Positions 35,588 through 43,080 of a stretch of 43,080 bases of DNA are shown piece by piece. The stretch is from NCBI GenBank assembly GCA_965655605.1, contig CBFHHD010000001.1:1-43080 (forward strand). Reading direction: 5' to 3'. The position numbers were made by a program, and so were the translations under genes. This stretch comes from Candidatus Pelagibacteraceae bacterium. Lineage in GTDB: Bacteria > Pseudomonadota > Alphaproteobacteria > Pelagibacterales > Pelagibacteraceae. Every line of letters starts with the position of its first letter. Positions within the stretch are counted from its first letter, which is position 1. Under the pieces are notes generated by a model that was not told where the DNA came from, made no database searches, and was given only the letters and a program-made list of their open reading frames with translations.

Positions 35588-36157
35588 ATGATTGCAACAT
35601 CAAGTGAAAACCTTCCACTTGAAAAATGTCCTGCATTAGTACTCAATGCTGACTATAGACCATTGAGCTATTATCCTTTGTCACTTTGGAGCTGGCAAGA
35701 TGCAGTAAGAGATGTTTTTTTGAATAGAGTAAATATTGTTTCTGAATATGATAGGGAAATCAGAAGTCCCTCATTTAAAATGAAATTACCAAGCGTTATC
35801 TCTCTTAAGTACTTCGTGAAACCCTCTGAGTTTTCTAATTTTACAAGATTTAATGTTTTTTTAAGAGATAAATTTTCATGTTTATATTGTGGTGATAAAA
35901 AAAATTTAACTTTTGATCACGTCATCCCAAAATCTTTAGGAGGTTTAACAACTTGGGAAAATGTTGCCACTGCCTGTTCACCATGCAATGTTAAAAAAGG
36001 CGGTAAAATGCCTAAGGATTGTGGAATGTTACCTTCTACGAAACCATTTAAACCAACAGAAGAACAATTACACAGAAATGGAAGAAACTTTCCACCTAAT
36101 TTTCTACATCAAAGCTGGTTGGATTATTTATATTGGGACGTTAAACTTGAGCCGTAA
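35588..36157 (+). CDS. HNH endonuclease family protein (conserved alphaproteobacterial type)
   Basis: LVLNADYRPLSYYPLS, RD..CLYCG, TFDHVIPKS.GG, WENV.TAC.PCN..K. Confidence 0.9.
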   Translation: MIATSSENLPLEKCPALVLNADYRPLSYYPLSLWSWQDAVRDVFLNRVNIVSEYDREIRSPSFKMKLPSVISLKYFVKPSEFSNFTRFNVFLRDKFSCLYCGDKKNLTFDHVIPKSLGGLTTWENVATACSPCNVKKGGKMPKDCGMLPSTKPFKPTEEQLHRNGRNFPPNFLHQSWLDYLYWDVKLEP

Positions 36158-36694
36158 TTAAATTTTCTTAGCAACCTCTATTGCAATTTTTGACCCTGTC
36201 TTAATCATAAAATCTAAAATGCCATATGGGCCCTCCTTTGTTGAACCTTCCTCATAAGCAATATCACGATGCTCTAGTTCATCTTGTCTAAATTTTTTAA
36301 TTTTTTTTATCAGATCTTTTTCGTCTTTTTCATTTTTTTCTAAATGATTAATTTGTGTCTGATAATGTTTTTCAATAACTTCTTCTACGGATGAAGTGCA
36401 TAACATTGTCGCTTTTTTCCCCATCAATCCAGTTGCAAAACCTAAACCTTTTCCAAGAACATCCCACAAAGGAAGGAGTAGAGTAGGTCGAATTTTTCTA
36501 TCAGCTAACTGCTGTTCAAAATATTTGAGATGTTCCTTTTCGTGTTCTTTCATCTCAGAAATTTTATTTTCCATTTCAGGATCAGATTTCAAAAGTTGAA
36601 GAGCAAGAAGTTGGCCATCATAAATATTAACCGCACCTCTTTCGCCAGCATGATCTACTCGTATGATTTCTTCAATTTTATTATTTTTTTTCAT
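36158..36694 (-). CDS. coq7: Demethoxyubiquinone hydroxylase (di-iron)
   Basis: IRVDHAGE, E..H, RPT.L.PLW, VE.VI..HY, DELEH. Confidence 0.92.
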   Translation of the reverse strand: MKKNNKIEEIIRVDHAGERGAVNIYDGQLLALQLLKSDPEMENKISEMKEHEKEHLKYFEQQLADRKIRPTLLLPLWDVLGKGLGFATGLMGKKATMLCTSSVEEVIEKHYQTQINHLEKNEKDEKDLIKKIKKFRQDELEHRDIAYEEGSTKEGPYGILDFMIKTGSKIAIEVAKKI

Positions 36695-37169
36695 TTCTTA
36701 TAATATGTATTGAAATAAGAAAAAATACAATATTAGTTATAAAATTTAGTGTCGATAAAGATAAGCCAAATATTCTAAAGGTCACTTCTGAACAACCTTT
36801 GATGCCATTATTAGTTAATTGTTTTAGTAATTCTTCTTTGTTAATTACCTTCTCTTTTGTCAAACAAACCTTTGTTTCTGAAAAAATTTTTTGCTCTACC
36901 CCGATATGATAAAATGAAATTGATAAGTTAATTAATATAAAAAAAATTAGCATATAGGCTGCATTTTTAAATTTCTTAAAATTAATTATAAGTAAAGATA
37001 ATATTAATAAGTTAAAAAAATATGGAATTCTTTGATATTTACAGAGCGCACAAGCATAAATATTTAAAATGTATTCAATAAAATATACTGTAAGTAAAAT
37101 TAAAATATGAGAAACTAATAAAAATTTTAGTAAATTTTTATTTTTAAAATTACCCAATAAATGCTTCAT
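36681..37169 (-). CDS. dsbB: Disulfide bond formation protein DsbB family
   Basis: CALC..QR, YHIGVEQ, second Cys pair (KVC...KGC), FGLS, about four TM segments; start reassigned to ATG 37169. Confidence 0.82.
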   Translation of the reverse strand: MKHLLGNFKNKNLLKFLLVSHILILLTVYFIEYILNIYACALCKYQRIPYFFNLLILSLLIINFKKFKNAAYMLIFFILINLSISFYHIGVEQKIFSETKVCLTKEKVINKEELLKQLTNNGIKGCSEVTFRIFGLSLSTLNFITNIVFFLISIHIIRNEKK

Positions 37170-37767
37170 AATTATTATAAATAAAATAAGCGATAATAAA
37201 TCCACTAAATAGTAAAGCAGTAATTAATAGTAAAATTTTACCAGAAAACTTTTCAATATATGGAAGTATTTTATGTCCAAAGAAACTTAGCAAACCAGCA
37301 AGAATAAAAAATCTCGACCCTCTGGTAATAGTTGCAACAACAATAAAAATAAAAAAATTAAAATGAATTAATCCACTTGAAATTGTTAAAAGCTTAAAAG
37401 GTACTGGTGTAAAACCAGCTATTGCTAATAATATCACCCAAGCCCAAAAACCTTTACCAACTTTAATCTTATCTTTAAAGCTTGCAAAGCCTTCAAAACC
37501 ATAGAATTCAAAAATATGAACTCCCAATTCTTTATAAAAAAAATAACCAACCCCATATCCAATTACCCCTCCCAATACTGATGACAAAGTGGCAATAGTA
37601 CCAATTTGTATCCATCTTTTCTTTTGAGCCAAAGTCATTGGGATGATCATGACATCAGGAGGTATAGGAAAAAAAATACTTTCAATTATACAAATAAACG
37701 ACAAGAAAAATTTTGAACTCTTGTGAGCTGCTAAAGAGACCGTTTTATTGAATAATTTTTTGAACAT
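37150..37767 (-). CDS. YqaA/DedA family membrane protein
   Basis: ESIFFPIPPD, SVLGG..GY.VG, GFTPVPFK, RGSRFF; start reassigned to ATG 37767. Confidence 0.9.
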   Translation of the reverse strand: MFKKLFNKTVSLAAHKSSKFFLSFICIIESIFFPIPPDVMIIPMTLAQKKRWIQIGTIATLSSVLGGVIGYGVGYFFYKELGVHIFEFYGFEGFASFKDKIKVGKGFWAWVILLAIAGFTPVPFKLLTISSGLIHFNFFIFIVVATITRGSRFFILAGLLSFFGHKILPYIEKFSGKILLLITALLFSGFIIAYFIYNNYEAFIG

Positions 37768-37843
37768 CAGGCTAGTTGATACACACTTTTTAAAAAAAAA
37801 AACATACAAAAACTTTTTACTTATGTAATAATTATACAATAAT

Positions 37844-37926
37844 GGGCGAATGGCGGAATTGGTAGACGCAGCGGACTCAAAATCCGCCGGGAAACCTTGG
37901 GGGTTCGACTCCCCCTTCGCCCACCA
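37844..37926 (+). tRNA. tRNA-Leu(CAA)
   Basis: Acceptor GGGCGAA/TTCGCCC-A-CCA, D loop GGAATTGGTAGAC, anticodon arm GCGGA-CT CAA AA-TCCGC, variable arm, T arm GGGGG-TTCGACT-CCCCC; CCA is encoded. Confidence 0.97.
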
Positions 37927-37931
37927 AGATT

Positions 37932-39623
37932 ATGAATATTAATAAATTAAATAATTTAATTGAACTTTTTCAAGAACAAGAAAAAGTTTATAAAAATCAA
38001 GAATTTTTATTCAATATAACAAAAGAGAAAAACTTAGTCTCAATAACTTGGAACGAAGTTTTGTTGAAGGTTTCTTCATTAGCAAAATATCTAAATGAAA
38101 AGTCTGTAACAAAGGGCGACAGGGTTATGATTGTGTCAGAGGGCAGGCCAGAGTGGATGATTAGCGACCTTTCTATTATTGCAAATTCTGCCATTAGCGT
38201 TCCAAATTATACAACTTATACAAAAAAAGATTTTGAGTTTGTATTAAAAGATAGTGAACCTAAAGGTTTGATAGTTTCAAACAAACAACTATTACAAAAA
38301 GTTTTAGAAGCTGCCAGATCAATAAATTATGAATTTAATTTTATTTTAACATTTGAAAAGATTGATCAATATGACAACATTAATAATATAAAGAATATTG
38401 AAAACTCCATGTTTGTATGTGAAGCATCTAGAAAGGATCCTGCATGCATAATCTACACTTCAGGTACCCAGGGAAACCCAAAGGGTGTTGTGTTAAGCCA
38501 TGGGGGAATTCTAGCAAATTGTGAAGATGCAAAAAATCTAGTTGGAGAACTAAATGTCAGTAGACCAAGATTTATTACTTGGTTGCCATTATCACACTCT
38601 TATGAGCATACCGTACAGTTTGTGCAAATTTCTTTGGGTGCAAAAATTTATTATTCTCCAGTAATTGAAAAATTGTTAGAAAATATAAAAATTGCCAAAC
38701 CTCATGTTATGACAGCGGTTCCTCGATTTTATAACAATCTATATAATAAAATGTTAGGTGGAGTTAAAAAATCTTCAAAAGTGAAAAAATATCTCTTTTT
38801 TAAAACATTGGAGCTTGGATCTAAAAAATTTAATAAACAAGATTTAAATTTAGTGGAAAAATTAATTGATCCAATATTGGATATTTTAGTTAGAAATAAA
38901 GTGATAAGTAATTTTGGAGGTAATTTGAAAGCATTTGTATCTGGTGGAGGCCCACTGGACAAAAATGTAGGTTTATTTTTAAATGCACTTGGACTCAAAA
39001 CATTACAAGGTTACGGATTAACAGAAACTTCACCTGTTGTATCTTGTAACCCCGTATATGGTATCAAGATTGATAGTGTTGGAAAAGTTTTTTCAAATAA
39101 TGAAGTTAAGATTGCTAATGATGGTGAAATATTAGTCAAAGGAGAAAATGTCATGCTTGGTTATTGGAAAAATGAAAATGCAACTAAAGAAGTTTTAAAA
39201 GAGAGTTGGTTACATACTGGTGATATTGGTACCCTAGATCAAGATGGATACCTTAGAATCACTGATAGAAAAAAAGATATTATCGTTACTATTGGCGGTG
39301 ATAACATTTCACCTTCGAAAATTGAAAATTTATTGTGTTTACATGATCAAATTGAACAAGCTTATGTGCATGGCGATAATGAAAAATATCTATCATGTTT
39401 AGTTGTCTTAAATAAAAATATAGAAATAAGTGAAACAGAAGTAAAAAACTTAATTGAAAAGACTAATCAAGACTTAGCAGCAATTGAAAAAATAAAAAAA
39501 TATCATGTAATAGAAGAAGAATTTACAGTTGAAAATGAATTACTCACACCAACAATGAAGATCAGAAGGTATAAAATTAAATCAAAATACAAAAATATTT
39601 TAGAAAATTTTTATAAAAACTAA
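37932..39623 (+). CDS. Long-chain fatty acid--CoA ligase (AMP-dependent synthetase)
   Basis: YTSGTQGNPKG, WLPLSHSYE, SGGGPL, QGYGLTE, WLHTGD, DRKKD, LTPTMKIRR. Confidence 0.92.
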   Translation: MNINKLNNLIELFQEQEKVYKNQEFLFNITKEKNLVSITWNEVLLKVSSLAKYLNEKSVTKGDRVMIVSEGRPEWMISDLSIIANSAISVPNYTTYTKKDFEFVLKDSEPKGLIVSNKQLLQKVLEAARSINYEFNFILTFEKIDQYDNINNIKNIENSMFVCEASRKDPACIIYTSGTQGNPKGVVLSHGGILANCEDAKNLVGELNVSRPRFITWLPLSHSYEHTVQFVQISLGAKIYYSPVIEKLLENIKIAKPHVMTAVPRFYNNLYNKMLGGVKKSSKVKKYLFFKTLELGSKKFNKQDLNLVEKLIDPILDILVRNKVISNFGGNLKAFVSGGGPLDKNVGLFLNALGLKTLQGYGLTETSPVVSCNPVYGIKIDSVGKVFSNNEVKIANDGEILVKGENVMLGYWKNENATKEVLKESWLHTGDIGTLDQDGYLRITDRKKDIIVTIGGDNISPSKIENLLCLHDQIEQAYVHGDNEKYLSCLVVLNKNIEISETEVKNLIEKTNQDLAAIEKIKKYHVIEEEFTVENELLTPTMKIRRYKIKSKYKNILENFYKN

Positions 39624-39692
39624 TAAAAACCTAGAAAACATTAATTTTTTTTAAAAAAAATTATTTTTTAAATTTAAACTTTGAATTGAATT

Positions 39693-39726
39693 TTGTTTAA
39701 AGTTTGCACTTGTTTAAAAGTTTGAC
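39693..39726 (+). repeat. Imperfect 17-bp tandem direct repeat
   Basis: TTGTTTAAAGTTTGCAC (39693-39709) then TTGTTTAAAAGTTTGAC (39710-39726). Confidence 0.6.
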
Positions 39727-39737
39727 TTTATTAGCGA

Positions 39738-39783
39738 ATTCGTTTTTAACTTATTTAAACGAATCGTATAACTTTTATACGAT
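39738..39783. promoter_or_regulatory. Two overlapping inverted repeats upstream of the microprotein gene
   Basis: ATTCGTTT (39738-45)/AAACGAAT (39757-64) and ATCGTATAA (39763-71)-CTT-TTATACGAT (39775-83). Confidence 0.5.
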
Positions 39784-39811
39784 GCTCCAAACTTTAAAGG
39801 GAGGAACGGAG

Positions 39812-39946
39812 ATGGCTAAAAAAAGAAAAAAAGCTAAAAAGGCTACTAAGAAAAAAGCCAAAAAAGCTACTAAGAAAAAAGCACCTAAAAGAAAAAAAGC
39901 TAAAAAAGCTAAGAAAGCTAAAAAAGCTAAGAAAAGAAAAAGATAG
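39812..39946 (+). CDS. 44-aa Lys/Ala-rich basic microprotein (histone-H1-tail-like)
   Basis: MAKKRKKAKKATKKKAKKATKKKAPKRKKAKKAKKAKKAKKRKR; strong SD AAGGGAGGA before ATG 39812; followed by an intrinsic terminator; synonymous variation between repeat units. Confidence 0.82.
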   Translation: MAKKRKKAKKATKKKAKKATKKKAPKRKKAKKAKKAKKAKKRKR

Positions 39947-39970
39947 TATTTCTTTCTTAATTTCTTTTAG

Positions 39971-40009
39971 AAAAAAACGCTCTTCTAATCCAGAAGGGCG
40001 TTTTTTTTT
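39971..40009. terminator. Bidirectional intrinsic terminator
   Basis: A7-CGCTCTTCT-AATCC-AGAAGGGCG-T9 between the convergent microprotein and carD genes. Confidence 0.88.
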
Positions 40010-40760
40010 ACATTTGAACTGTATTTGAATTCTCTTCGGTTTTTTTGCCAAGAGCTTTATTTAATCTAACTTTACCCTCATCCTCTGAGACACCTAGCAC
40101 TATAGATACCTCGCCTAATAGTCTATCATAAGCTTTTTCAAAAAGCTGTCTCTCACTGTATGATTGGTCAACTGGCATGTCAGTATTTTTATTTAAATCC
40201 CTTACGACTTCAGCTATTTGGTAAATATCTCCAGAATTAATTTTCTGCTCATATTCTGCAGCCCGTCTACTCCACATAGTTCTTTTAATCTTTGCTTTGC
40301 CTTTTAGAATTGCAATAGCTTTATTAATCTGGTTTAGGCTCGATAAAGACCTTAAGTGAGATTGTTGATTTGTTGGAATTGTTAAATTTAACTTATCTTT
40401 AGTGATTTCAATTTTATAAACACTAGCCTCTATTCCAGCTATTGTAAGCTTATCTACCGAAACAATTTGGCCAATACCATGTTTGGGATAGATTACATAA
40501 TCTTTGACTTTGTATAATCTTTTTTCTGTTTCTTGTTTTTTAATTTTTTTGATTTCGATTTCATCATTCTGTTGATTGCTTTTAATTAAATTCGTTTTTT
40601 GAACATTCTTTGGAATTAATTTTGAATTTTTTTTAATATCTATATTTTTTGTAGCTTTTTTTACTTTAGTTTTTTTTTGGACTTTTTTAGCTTTAGCTTT
40701 TTTAACTACTTTTTTAGCTTTAACTTTTTTAACGACTTTTTTTTTGGATTTTTTTGGCAT
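40008..40760 (-). CDS. carD: CarD/CdnL RNA polymerase-binding regulator with ~80-aa Lys-rich N-terminal extension
   Basis: RID domain YVIYPKHGIG, MWSRR (conserved Trp), KINSGD, EVVRDL, SYSERQLFE.A..RL..E; downstream of fdxA. Confidence 0.93.
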   Translation of the reverse strand: MPKKSKKKVVKKVKAKKVVKKAKAKKVQKKTKVKKATKNIDIKKNSKLIPKNVQKTNLIKSNQQNDEIEIKKIKKQETEKRLYKVKDYVIYPKHGIGQIVSVDKLTIAGIEASVYKIEITKDKLNLTIPTNQQSHLRSLSSLNQINKAIAILKGKAKIKRTMWSRRAAEYEQKINSGDIYQIAEVVRDLNKNTDMPVDQSYSERQLFEKAYDRLLGEVSIVLGVSEDEGKVRLNKALGKKTEENSNTVQM

Positions 40761-40820
40761 TGGAAGTGTGGAGTATATTATTAATTATAAATTTTCAATC
40801 TTAATTAACGCTAAATAGAT

Positions 40821-41144
40821 TTATTTATTTTGAAAATGCTTAGTTAATTTGTTTTTTTCGTCTTTATATTTTTCCCAATTATCCAGCGGGTCTTTTTTCT
40901 GAGTAATGTTTGGCCATTTTCCTGAAAACTCTTTGTTTATTAAAAGCATTTCCTCAGTATTGGGATTTGTATCAGGCTCAATGGCTTCAATTGGACACTC
41001 TGGCTCACAAACACCGCAATCTATACATTCATCTGGGTTAATAACCAGCATGTTTTCACCTTCGTAAAAGCAGTCTACGGGACATACTTCAACACAATCT
41101 GTTAATTTGCATTTTATGCACTTCTCATTAACTATGTATGTCAT
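40821..41144 (-). CDS. fdxA: Ferredoxin FdxA (dicluster)
   Basis: [17 protein letters not shown] and [17 protein letters not shown] tail. Confidence 0.95.
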   Translation of the reverse strand: MTYIVNEKCIKCKLTDCVEVCPVDCFYEGENMLVINPDECIDCGVCEPECPIEAIEPDTNPNTEEMLLINKEFSGKWPNITQKKDPLDNWEKYKDEKNKLTKHFQNK

Positions 41145-41545
41145 TTTCTGATCTTCATTTTAATATTTCCCAAATCTTTATCCTCTATATAAATAAGTCC
41201 TGCAACTTTTCGTAAAAGCCTATCTTCAAAGTGACAAAGAAGATCGTCGCTAAATATTATTTTAGTCAGAGTTTCAATAACCTCTAATCTTTTGCTGTAA
41301 TCTAACGATTTAATTTCTTTTGTCATACTATGGATTTCAATAGAGTTTTCCTCTTTTTTTTGGCTGTGTTCAAATAAATTATCTATGTAAGAGCTGTCTT
41401 TATTAACAAAATTTTTTAGAAATATTTTTATTAAACTTTTTTCTTGTTCTTCGTAGTTACCATCTGTTTTAGCCGCATGTATTAGCAGTGAACAGATAGC
41501 AACTTCAATACTATCAAATTTTTCCTCTTTTTTTTTCCAAAACAT
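41141..41545 (-). CDS. TerB/DjlA-N family protein
   Basis: [10 protein letters not shown]....E and IIFSD.....E..L.RKVAGLI helical repeats. Confidence 0.8.
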   Translation of the reverse strand: MFWKKKEEKFDSIEVAICSLLIHAAKTDGNYEEQEKSLIKIFLKNFVNKDSSYIDNLFEHSQKKEENSIEIHSMTKEIKSLDYSKRLEVIETLTKIIFSDDLLCHFEDRLLRKVAGLIYIEDKDLGNIKMKIRK

Positions 41546-43078
41546 CTATACTTTTAACTTATCTAAAACAGAAAAAGCACTATTATTTTTTTTTACTCTT
41601 TCTATTTTTTGCTTTTTTCTCAAATATTTAAATTTTAATGAGTCTTTATCATCTATTAAACGATAATTAAGTAGTTTAATAAACTCCATAAAATCTGCTT
41701 TATTACATCCAAGTAAGTTTAATATTTTAGCGTCAAGTATAAATTCGAAGTTTTTAGATTTGCTTAAAATTTCTAAAAATAGTTTTTCAAGAATATCAAC
41801 TCTAATGATAAATTTACCAAATGTTTCAAAGCCACAAATTCTTAAAAAATTTTTGTTTTTATTTTTAAAATTTTTTATAAAATTTAAACCAAAATTGGGA
41901 TATTCCATATCATCTTGATTATTAAAACATCTCCATAATATTGACTTCAATTTAACTGCATTGGGTCTTATCATTCTAGGTTGATAAACATGGTAGTTTC
42001 CAATTTTAACTCCTTTTTTTCTGAGTTGAAATCGTTCTTCTTTAGACATATCTCTTAATAAATTCTGTATTTTATCTCTCTCTAAAACACCATTGTTTTC
42101 AAATAGTTGATAGCTCAGCCCTCTTGAAAAGGAGTTTGTTAATTCTGGATTTTCAATAGAAATGAGGTCACTTAAATCATTACGTTTTTTTTTATGAATC
42201 CATGCAGAGATGCTTTCCTTTAATCTTTTTCCATCACTTTCAGATAAAGTGTCATCACATAAGATTCTTATATTTGGGTTTAAATAATTTTTACCTGGTT
42301 TAATTTCTGCAATTTTTTCTTCAGCCCAATATATTTTGAAGTCATTTTGCAATACTAAACTTTCAGTATTTGATATTATTATATCAATTCTTTTTTTTAA
42401 TTCCATTTGAGCACCATTTCTTGCAGCTTTTTTTAAGGACTTAATATCTGTTTCTAAATTAGTTTGAGAGTAATCAAGATCAATTTTTAATCCTTGAATT
42501 TTTCCAATATAATGATCATTAATAAATATTTTATTATCTTCCAATATTTTAGTTTTAAGCTCTATATCCTGCTTTAAGCCTTTTGAGAGAATGCTTATTC
42601 TTTTATCTACAAAACTCTTTGATAATTCTTCGTGAAGTTTTTCTGAAAGTTTATCTTCTATATCTTTTGTTTTTGCTTTCCAATAATCCGAATTTTCAAC
42701 CCAATTGCTTTTATTTGAAACGTATGACCATGTTCTGACATAGGAAATTCTATTAGCCAAACTATCTATATTCCCTTCGTAATTATCAAGATTGCTTAGC
42801 TGTTGTTTCATCCAATCATTTGTAATTTTACCTTTGCTGGATGATAAAAAAGTAAAAACTTTGTATATAATTTCTGTGTGTTCATTATAAGAGCTTTTTG
42901 TGAAGTCAGGAATTTGACAACACTCCCATAAAAGCTTGATATAGTGTTCCTTATCAACAAATTTAAAATTTGTTTTGTCGGAAGTAAAGTATCTAAAAGT
43001 ACTCTCATCAATTAGATCTTTATTTCTTAGTAGGTAGTTATGATCAGGTTTTTTATTAAGGCTTTGTATAAGTTTAGA
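41546..43078 (-). CDS. Suv3/MgpS-like ATP-dependent helicase, C-terminal part (runs off the window)
   Basis: Frame stays open from 42811 to the window end (…KLLWECCQIPDF…); RTWSY, EDKLSEKLHEEL..FVDKR, RVDILE; sits upstream of fdxA-carD. Helicase core motifs are outside the window. Confidence 0.8.
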   Translation of the reverse strand, partial: SKLIQSLNKKPDHNYLLRNKDLIDESTFRYFTSDKTNFKFVDKEHYIKLLWECCQIPDFTKSSYNEHTEIIYKVFTFLSSSKGKITNDWMKQQLSNLDNYEGNIDSLANRISYVRTWSYVSNKSNWVENSDYWKAKTKDIEDKLSEKLHEELSKSFVDKRISILSKGLKQDIELKTKILEDNKIFINDHYIGKIQGLKIDLDYSQTNLETDIKSLKKAARNGAQMELKKRIDIIISNTESLVLQNDFKIYWAEEKIAEIKPGKNYLNPNIRILCDDTLSESDGKRLKESISAWIHKKKRNDLSDLISIENPELTNSFSRGLSYQLFENNGVLERDKIQNLLRDMSKEERFQLRKKGVKIGNYHVYQPRMIRPNAVKLKSILWRCFNNQDDMEYPNFGLNFIKNFKNKNKNFLRICGFETFGKFIIRVDILEKLFLEILSKSKNFEFILDAKILNLLGCNKADFMEFIKLLNYRLIDDKDSLKFKYLRKKQKIERVKKNNSAFSVLDKLKV

Positions 43079-43080
43079 AC

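Noticed and set aside
35588-36157. HNH gene as a defence system or homing element
   Set aside because: No methylase, ATPase, intron or mobile context; it matches the standalone housekeeping-type HNH beside an esterase.
37844-39623. tRNA-Leu as a genomic island integration site
   Set aside because: No integrase and no repeat of the tRNA 3' end seen; downstream genes are core.
39746-39760. Possible CtrA box
   Set aside because: The TTAA half-sites are 5 nt apart rather than the canonical 7, and TTAA is very common here.
39704-39811. Longer 80-aa version of the microprotein from TTG 39704
   Set aside because: The strong SD sits before ATG 39812, and the extension runs through promoter-like repeats.
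39693-39946. Short repeats as a CRISPR array
   Set aside because: No repeat-spacer periodicity and no cas genes; the repeats are coding (9 and 24 bp units) or only two copies.
39794-40051. Minus-strand 85-aa Phe/Ser-rich ORF
   Set aside because: Antisense image of the Lys-rich gene; it crosses the terminator and overlaps carD out of frame.
42808-43011. Separate 67-aa ORF or apparent frameshift in the helicase
   Set aside because: The helicase frame is open to the window end, so there is no frameshift and this ORF is an alternative-frame artefact.

Overview
A strongly AT-rich, gene-dense window of core genome from a streamlined alphaproteobacterium. Gene order, protein sequences and near-absent intergenic DNA suggest SAR11/Pelagibacterales (inference, not a database result). 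In order it holds: the 3' end of sdhB, mmsA, a beta/gamma-proteobacterial-type asd, mdh-sucCDAB-lpdA, transaldolase, priA, atpHAGDC, the minus-strand run metX-metW-gloB-rplU-rpmA-obgE-proB-proA-nadD-rsfS-rlmH-ctpA-rppH, a SAM-II riboswitch ahead of metX, hisC-tyrC, argH-lptM-lysA-plsC, tlpA, a HIG1-family gene, an esterase, an HNH protein, yqaA-dsbB-coq7, tRNA-Leu(CAA), a long-chain acyl-CoA ligase, a 44-aa Lys/Ala-rich microprotein, and helicase(partial)-terB-like-fdxA-carD. I found no mobile element, CRISPR array or defence island. The best candidates for something undescribed are: (1) a histone-H1-tail-like microprotein convergent with a CarD that itself carries an N-terminal Lys-rich tail, the two sharing a bidirectional terminator; (2) a 5-codon uORF that may relay SAM-II riboswitch control to metX by translational coupling; (3) a xenologous asd inside the TCA gene cluster; (4) a fatty-acid ligase gene starting 5 nt after a tRNA CCA end. 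Novelty of these cannot be verified without searches.
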